The notes beneath the pieces are model-generated. The model saw nothing but the letters and a program-made list of their open reading frames with translations. It had not been told where the DNA came from and ran no database searches. Below, in pieces: positions 63,401 to 64,000 of a stretch of 64,000 nt of DNA; positions within the stretch are counted from its first letter, which is position 1; each line of letters begins with the position of its first letter. Both the position numbers and the translations under genes were made by a program. Source of the stretch: Dipteris shenzhenensis (Eukaryota). Location: the NCBI GenBank assembly GCA_047967505.1, contig CM106538.1, one strand, 5' to 3'.

Positions 63401-63630
63401 AATCACTGTTATCAAGGGCCCAAATAATTCTTCATGTTGAAAATCTGTCTCTTCTTGGGTAGACTGCAAGACAGCTAGAAGTTCTGGTGGGCAGAAAAGC
63501 CTCTGGGCTAAATACAGATTCTCTGGGGGAAGCGATTGCTATAGCTCAACATCATGATGCTGTCAGTGGGACAGAGAAACAGCACACAGCCAATGATTAT
63601 GCAAAACGTCTTGCTATTGGGGCTGCCGAG
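42463..63630 (+). CDS. Alpha-mannosidase, glycoside hydrolase family 38 (vacuolar/lysosomal type), exons 1-11; continues beyond the window
   Basis: Exons: 42463-42696, 43489-43572, 51880-51968, 52065-52239, 53130-53249, 53451-53534, 53632-53703, 53795-53908, 63075-63175, 63275-63368, 63463-63630. All splice in frame with no stops. Hydrophobic signal peptide, then GH38 motifs [77 protein letters not shown] and QHHDAVSGT. Confidence 0.96.
44950..46650 (+). mobile_element. L1-clade LINE ORF2 (RT) fragment in intron 2
   Basis: [48 protein letters not shown]. Confidence 0.88.
47500..47710 (+). mobile_element. Short Copia gag fragment in intron 2
   Basis: [25 protein letters not shown] resembles the Copia gag UBN2 region. 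Confidence 0.5.
47750..50050 (+). mobile_element. Decayed L1-clade LINE 3' fragment in intron 2
   Basis: ANQVLL, TRAKVAW..GGLGII-like segments homologous to 46160-46600 and 59370-59900. Confidence 0.7.
50487..51135. mobile_element. Possible solo LTR or LTR fragment in intron 2
   Basis: Starts TGTCACG, has internal 42-bp repeats (attggtgtat..tgtggccttgctacatgtcacac) and an aaaccct/agggttt TATA-flanking pattern. No TSD confirmed. Confidence 0.35.
54650..56090 (-). mobile_element. Antisense L1-clade LINE fragment in intron 8
   Basis: The minus strand reads [16 protein letters not shown] (55297-55400), homologous to the plus-strand copy at 59360-59440. Confidence 0.75.
56330..57590 (+). mobile_element. 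Degenerate L1-clade LINE ORF2 fragment in intron 8
   Basis: [27 protein letters not shown] and LLLDFKK. Parallels 57940-59110 and has an internal ~110-bp duplication at ~56790-56990. Confidence 0.82.
57590..60570 (+). mobile_element. L1-clade LINE ORF2 (linker, RT, C-terminal region), the best-preserved copy, in intron 8
   Basis: [71 protein letters not shown]. Confidence 0.92.
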
Positions 63631-64000
63631 GTAAAATATTTTATTTGATCTTATAGTCCTTCAGAATTAAAAATCTTGAATTGAAATTTAACAAAAGAAG
63701 TATTTCTAAGTAAAGCTTTTTCTTCAATGTCCCCAAAAATTTCTTAAAATGCCTTGCTGACAGTGTTTCTAGGAAGACTATTTCCATCCTGGAAACACAC
63801 TGCCAAAGTAACCGGCCTGCTTGAAATTAAACAAACATTTTCTGGAATATAGTTAAGGGGATGTTTAACATGCAGTGTTTTCAGAAAACATCCTTCAGAA
63901 TGCAAGACTTCTTTAATAGATCAAATTGTTATTTTTTCATGAAGAAGACCTTTATTAAGTAGTATAGACTTTTATTCTTTCGAATGCATGTTGCTATATA

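Overview
Eukaryotic land-plant DNA with no prokaryotic operons. The large introns and TE spectrum suggest a large-genome seed-free plant such as a fern, but that is inference. Bases ~1-40,100 are a nest of decayed transposons: a Copia element (2855-6559) inserted into a Ty3/Gypsy gag-pro remnant, a minus-strand Tat-type Gypsy with an extra RNase H (~9900-19950), a chromovirus-type Gypsy interrupted by a young gag-only LTR element (21879-23587), and an intact-ended 11.1-kb Copia (25728-36860, TSD GAAAG). Bases 42,463-63,630+ hold the first 11 exons of a GH38 alpha-mannosidase gene, whose 8.3-kb and 9.2-kb introns are filled with L1-type LINE fragments; one of these is a GC-AG intron. The most notable item is a 3.9-kb Mutator-like DNA transposon (31147-35038, 9-bp TSD ATTGTGAAG, ~55-bp imperfect TIRs) in the 5' leader of the large Copia. 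It has no visible transposase but carries a spliced gene. The reconstructed protein has the motif order of a beta-class DNA N6-adenine/N4-cytosine methyltransferase (DFILLDFPSG ... LSDSG ... LLCVPAGLVLEMGYGT ... ACQAIGR). All calls come from reading the sequence; no database searches were run.
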